From Callorhinchus milii (Eukaryota), in assembly GCF_018977255.1 (NCBI RefSeq), contig NW_024704743.1, forward strand, positions 22,570,001-22,634,000: DNA of 64,000 nucleotides, written 5' to 3'. Under the pieces are notes generated by a model, which saw nothing but the letters and a program-made list of their open reading frames with translations, searched no databases and had not been told where the DNA came from. Positions 52,201-63,739 of the stretch are shown here, one piece after another. The translations under genes and the position numbers were made by a program. Within the stretch, counting starts at the first letter, position 1. Each line of letters starts with the position of its first letter.

Positions 52201-52969
52201 AGGGGAGGAAAACTAAATGGCGTTAAAGGAGTTTGGATAGGAAGGGGAGGTTGAAGATGGTTGATAGTCGGAAAGTTTGGATGGATCAATGGTAAGTAGA
52301 AAAACAATTCAGTCCTGTTAAAAACATAGCTCAAGTTGGCTAATCACCAAACATTATTAAAACAGTGGATCTAATCTAGAAACATTATTTTTGCACAAGG
52401 AAGATGTGCAGGAGAATGGAGCCCTCATAAATCACATGATGTAGAGGGCAGTAGCCAAACCTAACCTCTGACAAATTGAAAGCCACCGCAAACAGTTCAT
52501 TCTGGACAGGTAGCAATAATTTTATTTGGCAAAAAAGATGCGATAGTTATGTAATTTTTAGTTAATGAGTCAAATATGTAAGCATATAATATAAAATTTA
52601 TTTGATAATTAAACCTTTTATTATAAAAAATATGCCAAATGATTGTCCAAGAAGCTTGATGTAATTAGTACAAATTCACAGCATTTCTAAGTATAAATTC
52701 ATTGTTTTCTTCCTTGCAACCAAAATGATTAAAATTAAGGTTGCCGAAGAAATTATCTATTCAGTAAATCAAGGCTAAATTGTGCACCATTCAAAACAGT
52801 CTCTCGGTCATCAATTCCCATTGTTGCATCTGCACTACATCAAAATCAATTTGAATTTAATCAACTTTTTCTTTACCTATGTAATTCTGAATATTTCAAT
52901 GAATAAATTTATGACATAAATCAAAAAAGTTTAGAAAGGGAATCGAGCCCAGCAGCATTATATTCATAA

Positions 52970-53430
52970 ACAACAACAACAAAATTACATTTGTATAGTG
53001 CCTTTCACGTCGGGAGGACGTCCCAAGGTGCTGGACAAACAGAGCTTCGGACCCGAGCTGGGGATCAGGGTCGGGGAGTATGGAGGGTAGGGGGTCGGAA
53101 GCAGGGAGATCGAAAGTACAGTCGAAGAGGAGTTTCTTGGATGGGAGGCAAGGGAGGGGGTGAGGGGGAGGGACTGCGGGATGGACTTCCAGAGGGTGGG
53201 GGCAGTGGCAGAAGGCCTGCCTGCCAATAGTGGCCTGAGCGAGGTGGGGGACGTGAAGTGGGTCGGAGCCCGCTAAGTGTAGGGAGTGAGCAGGATGGTA
53301 GGGGGTTAGGAGGTCAGAGGTAGGGGGGAGCAAGACCATAGGAGGGCTTTGAGGGTGAGGACCAGAATCTTGAACTGTACTCTGCTGTGTGATGGGAAAC
53401 CAGTGGAGTTGGGCGATGATGGGGTTAATT
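52970..53430 (-). mobile_element. L2 LINE 3' fragment
   Basis: QLHWFPI...IGRQAF; tail GGGACGTCCTCCCGACGTGAAAGGCAC...(TTG)n. Confidence 0.9.
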
Positions 53431-53760
53431 GACAAAGTGCCCGCGCTCTGAGACGCTATATAAATACAATTTGTTGTTGAGCTCTTGCTCAAATTCTCTC
53501 AAGCAATCAGCAATTAGTAGTGAATGATGCTACTAATCGAAGTGTGTGAATACATTTGCACCATCCTCCAGACGTAAGCCAGAACAGAACTGAATGGTAA
53601 TTCCCAGTTGGAAATGCAGAGGTTCAGCAGTTGTTCGTTACTGTGCATACATCCAGAGAAAGCAGCGGATCATGAATTTAAAATTGCATGTTTGTGAGCC
53701 ATAACTTAACATACTCAATATTAAGTTCTGAGTGCAGCAGAGTTCTGTAGCTCAGAGGGC

Positions 53761-54070
53761 GGAGTGGGCTGTAGCTCAGTGGTTACAGCACTCGGCTCGC
53801 AAGCAGGGGACCTGGTTTCAATTCCCGGCAGGGCGAAACCCCAGGCAAGTTTCCTTACTCCACACGCCTGACAAAAATCCTTCAAGTAAAAAATAATAAT
53901 TTGATCACTCAATCCACGACTGTTTGTGGGACACCGCAGTGTGCAATTGGCTGCTGCATTTCTCCACAAGTATATACAGTCAATTCACTTTACAATATAT
54001 TCTGTGAAGCGCTTTGAGACATCTCGAAAACATGAAAAATGCTATATCAAATGCAAGGATTATTATAATA
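53761..54070 (+). mobile_element. Family A tRNA-SINE
   Basis: Head, body and tail. Confidence 0.9.
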
Positions 54071-56489
54071 CTTCCCAATAGCAGACATCCTAACCTTGAG
54101 TGTTGCAACCTATCTTTTGATGAAAATCTACCTTCAAAATTGTGAAGATTGCACAGGGTATCTTATTGTTCAAGTGCTATCTTGAGGTTCAAATCCATTG
54201 TCACATACTTTTCAATTTTCTTCCTTAAGCCATAAAATCACTTAGCCAATCCACCAGCAAAATGTATTAGCTCTTTGATTGTGCATCGTCTCTGTTCGAG
54301 ACCTGCAGGTGATTTCTCAGCAACACAATCCCCAGCAATACAATCTATCACTAAAAGCAAATGAGGCAAAGTGTGACGGTCACTCATCCTTATTTGATGT
54401 CTTCTTCAAGAAATGTATTGCATGGAATTGAGAGGGACACTATTCATATGTTTGTTAGAAGCATTTCAGATAGAATTGACTTTTTTGTGTACAATTTGTT
54501 TTCCCAGTTTATTTGAATTATAAATAACATGTCATTAAACAATCTGAATTGCTTATAATTTATTATCATTTGCACTGTAGCTGAGAGACAGTGGAGATTG
54601 GCTAGGACTGGGGGATGGACATTCGAAGTTTCGTGCATGTGAGGATGCAGGCAGCAGAGTTTTGAATGAGTTGCAGCTTGTGGGTGATGGAGGTCAGAAC
54701 CAGTGTTGGAAAAGACTAAGCGGAAAGTGATTAATGCATGAATGAAATCTTCAGAGAAATAAGGGCTAAGGAAAAGGAAGGTGGCTATAGTGATGAACCA
54801 GATGGGAGAAAGAAATGAAAGATGGGATTGAAGCAGATTGAATGAAGCAAGGTTCAAATTGTTTTAATAACAGGTTATTTATAATCCAGGTAAATAAACA
54901 GGGCAAACAAATTATATGCAAAAAAGTCAACGGCAGCTCCTAAAGATGTGCATATGTAAACATCAGACAATGACAGGTTCAAGTTTGCTTTTTACCACTC
55001 AGTGGAAAAGCCTGCTAATACTCATAGCTCACATTCATTCGATAATAGCCCTTCGAGTGAGGTATCAAAGGGTACCAGTGGAACCGTAATGTTGAATGCA
55101 TAATGAAATCAAATGCTGAACCCCTAGAAACCAAGCAAATACAGTTAATCTCATCATATTGACTTATTGTCAAGTATTTTTTTTTTTGCTCAGCCGGTTA
55201 TCTGACACATGCAAAAACAACATGCATTTATATAGCTTCCCTCGCACAGGGTAGCATCTCAAAGTGCTTGACAGTTGTGACCAGCCGCCGATGGTGGAAT
55301 GAAGGGCAGGAGGGATAAGTAGGAAGCCGAAACCAGTTGAACAGAGACAAAGAGGCAACGGGTAGTGGATTGGTAGACTGGGGTTTAAGCAGATCGGAGA
55401 GGTAGGGAGGTGCCAGGACATGAAGAAATTTGAAAATGAATGTGAGGATCTTGAAATTGAAAATCCATCAATATGCTAAATAATCAAGAGTTCCATGCAT
55501 CCCTCGTATATCAAAATTGCAGATATTTATTGGAATGAAATGCGCACCCTCTCCATATGATGTGCTGAGCTTGTGCCATAGCTGCTTAACTCTCTGCAAA
55601 CCAAACAAGGTAGATTTTCTTTGGATGTACAAAGAAGTGTTCACAAACCCAGACTCCAGCTGCCTTCCAGCAGCTGTCATCCCAAGCCTCAGAGTTGCCT
55701 CATCAGCTATCTGGCAGACATCTGCCTTCAGCAAGTTGGGAGGACCTTTACGGGACAGCAAGTGACGTGCCAGCCATCCTGATCTTCTTGAGGTCCAAGT
55801 TAAGTGCCGCATACTAGGCTTACCCAGCACCAGCTGCTTAATCCAGGTCATCAAGCAAGGGGCTTTGGGAAATTAATGTACCCGCCTGTGAAGTTGCCTC
55901 TGCCTCCGGGGTGCTAAGCTACAGCTCATGTAGGCCAAAGCCCTTCCTCCCTGCAGCCGTTCTTGTGTTTGCATAAATCCACCTCACTGTTTGATCCTGG
56001 ACTTCGCAAATGGGCCTCTCTGCTGCAATTCCAGGAGCTCAGATCCATAAAATATATGCACCCAGGTCTTAAATGCCACAAGCTTGATCTGCATTGGGAC
56101 TTTGATGCTTAGTATAACTACATTTTTTTCTAGAATGACAACACAATTATAATTAGAACAGGTGAGGATCTATGTCTGGACTCCTACATCAGGACTTCCT
56201 ATAAACAGAGCAGCAGTTTCCTGTAGCAGTATCACACATGCTTCCCTGTAGCTTCTCAAACCAAAGGTGCTGGAATTCAGAACCTGCCCTTTTATACCCC
56301 CAGGACAGTGATACCTTAGAGACAGTTCCATCCAGCAGTATCCAGCAGTCTCCGGAGTGCTATTTAATTCACCACATGAGGAATTGGCAATGAGAGCCTA
56401 CAAGTTGAGTGGAAGATCTGACACCGGCACAGGCTCTCAATGGGCTGAATGTCTTCATTTTCGTTGTAGTTTTCACGATTCCAAAGGTT

Positions 56490-56895
56490 CTCTATTCCCT
56501 TGAGTTTAGAAGGTTGAGGGGTGATCTGATTGAGATTTTTAAAATAATAAAGGGTTTTGATAGAATAGATACAGATAAACTATTTCTTCTGGTGGGGGAA
56601 TCCAGAACATGGGGGCATATTCTTAAAATTAGAGCTCGGACATTTAGGAATGAATTTTGGAGGCAGTTTTTCACACAAGAGGAAGTGGAAATCTGGAACT
56701 CTGCCCCCAAAAGCTGTGGATGCTGGATCCATTCACATCTTCAAGACTGAGGTAGATAGACTTTTGTTAAGTTAAGAGTATTAAGGGATACGGGGCATGG
56801 GAGGGTAATGGGACTTGAGGTACAGATCGGCCTTGATATTATAGAATGGCAGCACAGCTTGATGAGCTGAATGGCCTACTCCTGTTTCTATGTTA
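56490..56895 (+). mobile_element. CR1-clade LINE 3' end; other CR1 ends at about 12990-13232(+), 23160-23485(+), 49460-49540(+), 10280-10520(-)
   Basis: LYSLEFRRLRGDLIEIFKIIKGFDRID...TWGHILKI...FFTQ...WNS; GAATGGCCTACTCCTG 3' UTR. Confidence 0.92.
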
Positions 56896-58704
56896 AAGAG
56901 AAGAAAACTGATTATTAAAGATGGTCTTTCAGCACTGAATGGGAGGAAGAAACAATGGATGGAAGTTACCCCCCACTTCTTTGCACCTTATTATCTGAAA
57001 AGGTATTTAGGGATGCATTTTTGTGGTAATTTACTGCAGTTAATGTTAAACACAGGGTGAAAGTAAAACAGCATCATTACTAATAACTACAGTTGTCCTT
57101 GGTGCACATATTAAGAAATACAATCCAATACGAGGCTCAGCTTTGTTCAGCTCAACAAGATGGAACCCACCCTTTTTGGCTCCTATTAAATTTGTTTTGT
57201 GCCTATCTCAGACTTCCACAGCCTACTTGGGTCCTTCCTCAGCTCCCAGAGTAGTGTAGTACATACTCTGGTGTTCAATTTAATCCTCCACTCACTATCC
57301 TCCCTCATATCCTGTCCTTGACCAAGACCACGTTTCTGCACCTTCGCTATATTACCCATCTCCATCCCAATCTCATGTCCAATGCTGTTCAAGCCATCAT
57401 CCATGCACCTCACCTCCAGACTTGAATTTTCAAATGTATTAGATGTCAGACACTCCCTCCCCCACTTTACCATTGACAGACCCTGTCTGTGTGTCTATAG
57501 GTAACAATTACAATTTAATGCAATGTTTCATGACTGCAACGATACCGTGTTTTGAAAAAAACACTGGTGTATAGATAATAAATTAATATTCGTTATTTTA
57601 TCTCAGATACTAAGGGGCCCATTTTGATGCCAACTTCCATAAGTAGAATATTGGAACCAAAAGGTTAAGTGGAAAAGAAACCTCTGGATGTCTTTAGAAT
57701 GCTCTATCAAAGGTATCACATTTTGGATTACTGTACCTTACAAGAGGCGGTTGTGTCAGAATGTCAATAATGCTCATCTTTTTTTATATTGATAAGTCAT
57801 CCCATTCGACCACCTCATATAATTTAGAGATTAGCCAGAACATGTGGGCCACACATTTAAACTGAACAGACAGATGCTGTTCTGGTTCATAAGGCTTAGC
57901 CTCAATAAGAATAACATTTTTTAAAATAATAAACCAAGATGTCAGAGGACTGAAGCACATTGGCACACATTACACTGATTGTAAAACCTTACAATGATTT
58001 CATACGCCTTATCAAAACAATTAAGTCTCTATCCAGTGTGTTAAGAAGATTACCAACATCACGACAAGATACAATTAGAAAAAGCTGGGCCCTGCAAATC
58101 ATTCTTTCTACTAAATTTGTTTCCATTGGTCACTGTGGAGCATACATGTCTCAATCCTTAAATGCATGCTTCCATTTTACAAGGCCGGTCCTGTCTTTTC
58201 TGAAGAAAATACTGAGTTACAAGTTGAGATATTTTGGAACCAATTCAATTAAAATTAAATAACCAATCAGATGATCGAGGAAGCAAATTAACAAATGTGC
58301 TTTTTAAACCGAAAATTAAAAATCCAGAAGTAAATAAAGTTAGGAAAATACTAGAGATGCAAATTATAATGACATTGTATCCCAATTTTCTGTTATGGTC
58401 TGACAAGTGAAAATTAGCAGCAGCAACTCCTTACAAAGATCAAAATTAAAATATTCAAAAAAACAAGAAAAATTTCAACATCAAATTACATTTTTATAGC
58501 ACCTTTCACCTTGGGTGTACGTCCCAAAGCACTGAAACATTCGAACATTGTTTATTCGCAATACACATCATTGAGAATGTCCCATGTCTGTCTCATTATT
58601 GCCATTGGCTATATTCCTTAATATTACTGGAGGGAAACAAGAATTACATTCCAGCCTTCCCACTGAAGGCCCACAATGACTTTGCTCAGCTGAAATCTCC
58701 AGGA

Positions 58705-60229
58705 CCCCTGTACCCCATGCCCAGATTCCCTCCAGCCCCCCTGTACCCCATGCCCAGAGTCCTCCACCCCCCCCGTACCCTATGCCAAGAGTCCACCAGC
58801 CCCCCCTGTACCTCATGCCCAGAGTCCTCCGGGCACCCCTGTACCCCATGCCCAGAGTCCCTCCAGCCCCGCCTGTACCTCATGCCCAGAGTCCTCCGGG
58901 CACCCCTCTACCCCATGCCCAGAGTCCTCCGGGCACCCCTGTACCGCATGCCCAGAGTCCTCCGGGCACCCCCGTACACCATGCCCAGATTCCCTCCAGC
59001 CCCCCATGTCCAGATTCCTGCAGGCCCCCCTGCACCCCATGCCCAGATTCCCTCCAGTCCCCTTGTACCCCATGCCCAGAGTCCTCCGCCCCCCTTGTAC
59101 CCCATGCCCAGAGTCCTCCGCCCCCCTTGTACCCCATGCCCAGAGTCCCTCCAGCCCCCCTGTACCCCATGCCGAGTCCCTCCAGCCCCCCTGTACCCCA
59201 TGCCGAGTCCCTCCAGCCCCCCTGTACCCCATGCCCAGAGTCCTCCGGGCCCCCTGTACCCCATGCCCAGAGTCCCTCCAGCCCCGCCTGTACCCCATGC
59301 CCAGAGTCCCCCCAGCCCCCTGTACCCCATGCCCAGAGTCCTCCGGGCCCCCCTGTACCCCATGCCCAGATTCCCCCCAGCTCCCTGTACCCCATGCCCA
59401 GAGTCCCCCCAGCCCCCCCTGTACCCCATGCCCAGAGTCCCTCCGGACCCCGCTGTACCCCATGCCGAGTCCCTCCAGGCCCCCTGTACCCCATGCCCAG
59501 AGTCCCCCCAGCCCCTGTACCCCATGCCCAGAGTCCCCCCAGCCCCCTGTACCCCATGCCCAGAGTCCTCCGGGCCCCCCTGTACCCCATGCCCAGAGTC
59601 CCCCCAGCCCCCCTGTACCCCATGCCCAGAGTCCCCCCAGCCCCCTGTACCCCATGCCCAGAGTCCTCCGGCCCCCCTGTACCCCATGCCCAGAGTCCCC
59701 GGCCCCCCTGTACCCCATGCCCAGAGTCCCCCCAGCCCCCTGTACCCCATGCCCAGAGTCCCCCCAGCCCCCTGTACCCATGCCCAGAGTCCTCCGGGCC
59801 CCCTGTACCCCATGCCCAGAGTCCCCCCAGCCCCCTGTACCCCATGCCCAGAGTCCCCGCCCCTGTACCCCATGCCCAGAGTCCCCGGCCCCCTGTACCC
59901 CATGCCCAGAGTCCCCCCGCCCCCTGTACCCATGCCCAGAGTCCCCCAGCCCCCTGTACCCCATGCCCAGAGTCCCCCAGCCCCCTGTACCCCATGCCCA
60001 GAGTCCCCCCAGCCCCCTGTACCCCATGCCCAGAGTCCCCCCCCCCTGTACCCCATGCCCAGAGTCCCCCCAGCCCCCTGTACCCCATGCCCAGAGTCCC
60101 TCCAGGCCCCCTGTACCCCATGCCCAGAGTCCTCCAGGCCCCCTGTACCCCATGCCCAGAGTCCCCCCAGCCCCCCCCTGTACCCCAGGCCCAAGTCCTC
60201 TGGCCCCCCTGTACCCCATGCCCAGAGCC
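58705..60229. repeat. GC-skewed minisatellite, about 48 units of 29-34 bp, consensus CCCTGTACCCCATGCCCAGAGTCCCCCCAGCC
   Basis: Direct inspection; accounts for the six 450-570 aa low-complexity ORFs. Confidence 0.98.
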
Positions 60230-60423
60230 TGGTACCCGGAGCCCCACCCCCACTGTACCCCGTGTCCCTCATGCCCCCCGTCCCCCCACCCCCTTTCCTC
60301 CCCTCATCCCCACCAGACCCAGGTGGGTCTCCCGCCCGCCCCCACCCACCCCTCCTCCCACCGTGGCCGCTGGACGACAAGACTAATGGCTGCAGGGCAG
60401 GCGGGAGCCGCCGGCGCACTCAC

Positions 60424-60593
60424 CACGGGTCGAACTCGTGAATGATGCTCTCGAAGCGGATGACGGCGAACAGCCTGGAGCTGAAGCCCGCCAGCCAGGC
60501 CAGGAAGAGGACGGTGAAGGAGAGCAGAGACTGCCAGCCGGCCGGGTGCGAGACCAGGCTCTTCATCTCCGCCGCCGCCGCCAACTCCGCCAT
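60424..60593 (-). CDS. STT3B: STT3B coding exon 1 (170 nt): MAELAAAAEMKSLVSHPAGWQSLLSFTVLFLAWLAGFSSRLFAVIRFESIIHEFDP(W)
   Basis: ATG in strong Kozak context (AAAATGG) at 60593; PAGWQSLLSF...IIHEFDPW is typical of STT3B; donor TG|GTGAGT. Confidence 0.96.
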
Positions 60594-60619
60594 TTTATTA
60601 CCGATTCTCTCCCCCTTCC

Positions 60620-60970
60620 CCCCCACACACACACACAAAAAAAAGAGAGAAAGAGAGAGAGAGAAAGAAAGAGAATTTTTTTTTCTTCTTCTTTCTCTCT
60701 CTCTATTTACGAACGAAACACACGAGAAGAAACCGCGAGGGGAGGAGAGGAGAGAGGGAGAGAGAGAAAAAAAAACACCGCCTCCCTCTTCCCCCCCCCC
60801 CACACACCAAAAAAACCACACACCTCGGGGAAGGTTAAAAAAAAAAGGGGGGGAAAAGAGAGAGAGAGAGAGAGAGAGAGAAAAAAAAGGGTGGGAAAGA
60901 GTTTGAAATGAGAGCCGCCCTGTGACCGGGAAGGGTGTGAGTGAGTGAGTGAGAGAGAGAGAGAGGGGGG
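60620..60970. repeat. (GA)n/(CT)n/(CA)n microsatellites and homopolymers in the probable STT3B 5' UTR
   Basis: Direct inspection. Confidence 0.9.
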
Positions 60971-61629
60971 GACGGGGTAGGGGTGAAGGTAAGGGCCGAG
61001 CCGGGCCGGGCTGGGCAGGGCTGGGGGGGGGGGGCCGCCGGGAATGCCTGTCTCAGCCCCGGGCTAACATCACACAGCGCGGAGCGGCGCGGAACTGTGC
61101 GGCTCTGCGTCCGGGGAGCAGAGGAGGAGGGAGAGGCAGCGCGCGCGCACCCGTCTTGCGTGGATGCGTGTGTCGCGATTTACCTTCCCCCACACACCCC
61201 CACACACACACACACACCCCTTCCCGCCTCACACTGTGCGGGGGAGAGCTCGCAAAACGAGGTGAAAATGGAGGCGCGCGCGTGCGCGCGAGGGGACACA
61301 GATTCCGGTGACACCGCACCCGGCTTGCGCGAGCGGAAGGGGCGGCGCACGCACCCGGACCAACGGTCGCCCGCGATCTCCTTCGGTTTTGATTTGACTC
61401 GAGGCGGCCCCGGTGCCGCGAAGTGACGTCGTGACGTCGGCTCGACCCCGGCGGTAGCGGGTGGTGGGGGGGGGCGCCTTCCCTTCGGCCAATCGCGGGG
61501 CGGTTTACTGACAGGCCAGCAACGAGGCAATCTCGCGCTCTCTCTCTGTAGCTCGAGCGAGCTCCGTCGCCCGGGAGACGCTCCGATCCAATCGGAGAAG
61601 GTGTCACTGCGCGCGACCGGAGGAGACAG

Positions 61630-61648
61630 CGTGGAGGCTGATCATTGG
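61630..61648 (-). promoter_or_regulatory. ER stress response element ERSE-I: CCAAT-GATCAGCCT-CCACG
   Basis: Exact match to the CCAAT-N9-CCACG consensus on the minus strand. Confidence 0.75.
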
Positions 61649-62124
61649 GAGTCGAGCCGGAGAAGGAGGGGCAGAGGGTGAGCGAGAGGAAGTGAGGGCT
61701 ACTCTGAGGAGAAAGTAGGAACCGATGAGGGTCGGGGGTGTGGTGGTGGTGATGGAGGTTGTTGGAGGGAAGGAGGGGGGAAGGTGTGAGAGAAGCGCCT
61801 GTCAATCAGTGCCCACCTGTCACTAAGTCAACGGTTGCCATGGTTGCTGTGCTGCACATGCCGTTGCTGGTTTGCTCCTCGCATCAAAGCCTTCAGTAGT
61901 TCATCTATAATAATAATAATAATAATAGTCCATGTGTTTGATAAAGTGCCTTATCAGGCCTTCGAGACGTCTCAAAAGCCCTTTGCAGAATATCCTCCTT
62001 AATCCTCCCTTGTATTGGATGCGGCGCCTTATCACGTCTTCCAGTCGTCGGAAAGCGCTTCACAGAATATACTGTAAAGTGAATTGACTGTATGTTGTGG
62101 GCGAAACTCGGCAGCCAATTGCAC

Positions 62125-62780
62125 CACAGCAACAGCAAAATTACATTTACAGAGCGGGAGGATGCCCCAGGGCGCTGGACAGTCCGGGGTCGGGACCTGA
62201 GCAAAGGGGAGGGGTGGGGTAGGGGTGAGGGAAGGCAGAGAGGTGGGAGGACGACTGAAGGCACGATGAAAGAGGAGGGTCTTGAGACCGGCCTTGAAGG
62301 GGGCAAGGGAGGAAACGAGGTGAAGGGACCGTGGGATGGAGTACCAGAGTGTGGGGGCAGAGAGGCTGAAAGCCCGGCCACCGATGGTAGGGTGGGTCGG
62401 GCGGGAGACATGGAGCAGACCGGAGCCCACTGAGTGGAGAGAGCGGGCAGGTTGGTAGGGAGTCAGCAGGTCAGAGAGGTAGGAGGGGGCAAGGCCATGG
62501 AGAGCCTTGAAAGTGAGGACGAGGATCTTGAACTCGAGTTTGGATGATTTGCAGTTTGTGAAGGGAAGAGTTGGGAAGGCCGATGAAGAGGGAGTTTCCA
62601 TAATCGAGCTTTGATGTGACGAATACGTGTGTGAGGGTCTCGGCAGCCTGAGGGGTGAGACAGTGGCGGAGTCTGGCAGTGTTGCCGAGGTGGTAGTAGG
62701 CAGTGCCCGGATGTGGGGGAAAAAGGACAGTTCAGGGTCAAACAAGACACCCAGGTTCCTGTACTGACTGGGTGTCAGGA
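62125..62780 (-). mobile_element. L2 LINE 3' fragment, inserted in or next to a SINE
   Basis: RNLGVLFDPELSF...EFKILVLTFKALHGLAPSYLSDLL...GGRAFSLSAPTLW. Confidence 0.92.
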
Positions 62781-63739
62781 AAGTATCCTGCAAATAGTCA
62801 TTGATTGAAGTGGGCAGTTTTTTTTATATAGAGCTTTTACATGGAGCTGACAAGAATCGTTTGTTTTTACTGTATTTGATTTCCCTCCCCACCCCCTTGT
62901 TTTTGAAACAGACACAGGATTTTTTTTAAAAAGAGAGAACTGGCAGACTCCAAGTTACTCACTTCAGGACCACAAAACATTATGCTCATTTTTTCACTCA
63001 TTCTTTCAAAAGGAAATGAAAGATTTATTTTAGGAAATAATATCTTGGCGTACAGTATATAATTTGGGACATGACATGTGCACGCAGTTGCCAGGATGGT
63101 CTAAGGCAAATTGGAGGGATCTTCTTTCATCTAGCAATTCCTATGTTCCTATGTTTATGCTTTGGTATGAAAGAAAACATCAGGGATTTTGACACAGCTC
63201 ACTCTGAAATAAAGCTGCTTCATTGATCTGAAATCTGCCTCTAAAATCTAAATTTTTAGCCCCCTCTCCCCAGTCATAAATATTTATTTGTCACTACATT
63301 TTTGTGATTCAATTTATTTTTTAAAAAAACTATGCTCTGATTCTAACAACTCAATTTTTGTTGTGGCCTTACCTTGTCGGTAGAATTTAATTTATTTTAG
63401 ATCTTTATTTAGAGGGAATGCACTTGTATGGAGTTTTGATGTAATCTTTAGATCAGATAAATAAAATTGAAATGAGTAAATAACTACATTCTACTTTCAG
63501 TGCATTTTTTCTGTGGAAGATAAAGAGGAAGGAAAGTGGAAGATGGTTTGAATCTTTAAATACAAATAATCCTTGCATTTGATATAGAACCTTTCACATA
63601 GGAAAACAATAACTTGCATTTATATAGAACCTTTCAGGTAGGGTAACTTCTTGGAGTGCATGTCAGGTTGGTAGGCGTGATAGGCGTGATTGACTAGGTA
63701 GGATTTGAGGCAGGATTAAAGACACAAAAAAGGGATGAG

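Larger units (their letters stand above)
60330..61650. promoter_or_regulatory. CpG island / STT3B promoter with GC boxes, CCAAT boxes (61489, 61588, 61644-61648), tandem TGACGTC sites and a YY1-type CCGCCATTTT overlapping the start codon
   Basis: High CpG density compared with the CpG-depleted rest of the window; motifs read directly. Confidence 0.9.

Noticed and set aside
55468..55854. 128-aa ORF with faint resemblance to a Penelope GIY-YIG segment
   Set aside because: The motif is incomplete and needs frameshifts; it cannot be supported without an HMM search
17372..60423. U12-type or non-canonical introns in STT3B
   Set aside because: All 15 donors are ordinary GT sites (none RTATCCT) and all acceptors are AG
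58717..60445. Six long ORFs (457-574 aa) as protein-coding genes
   Set aside because: They are translations of a stop-free minisatellite with frame-shifting unit lengths
60594..60821. N-terminal extension of the exon 1 ORF (MWFFW...)
   Set aside because: It starts at GTG and translates microsatellites; the MAE start has a strong Kozak context and matches orthologues
60949..61805. ORFs of 87-250 aa in the CpG island
   Set aside because: Stops are scarce in GC-rich DNA; no recognisable domain
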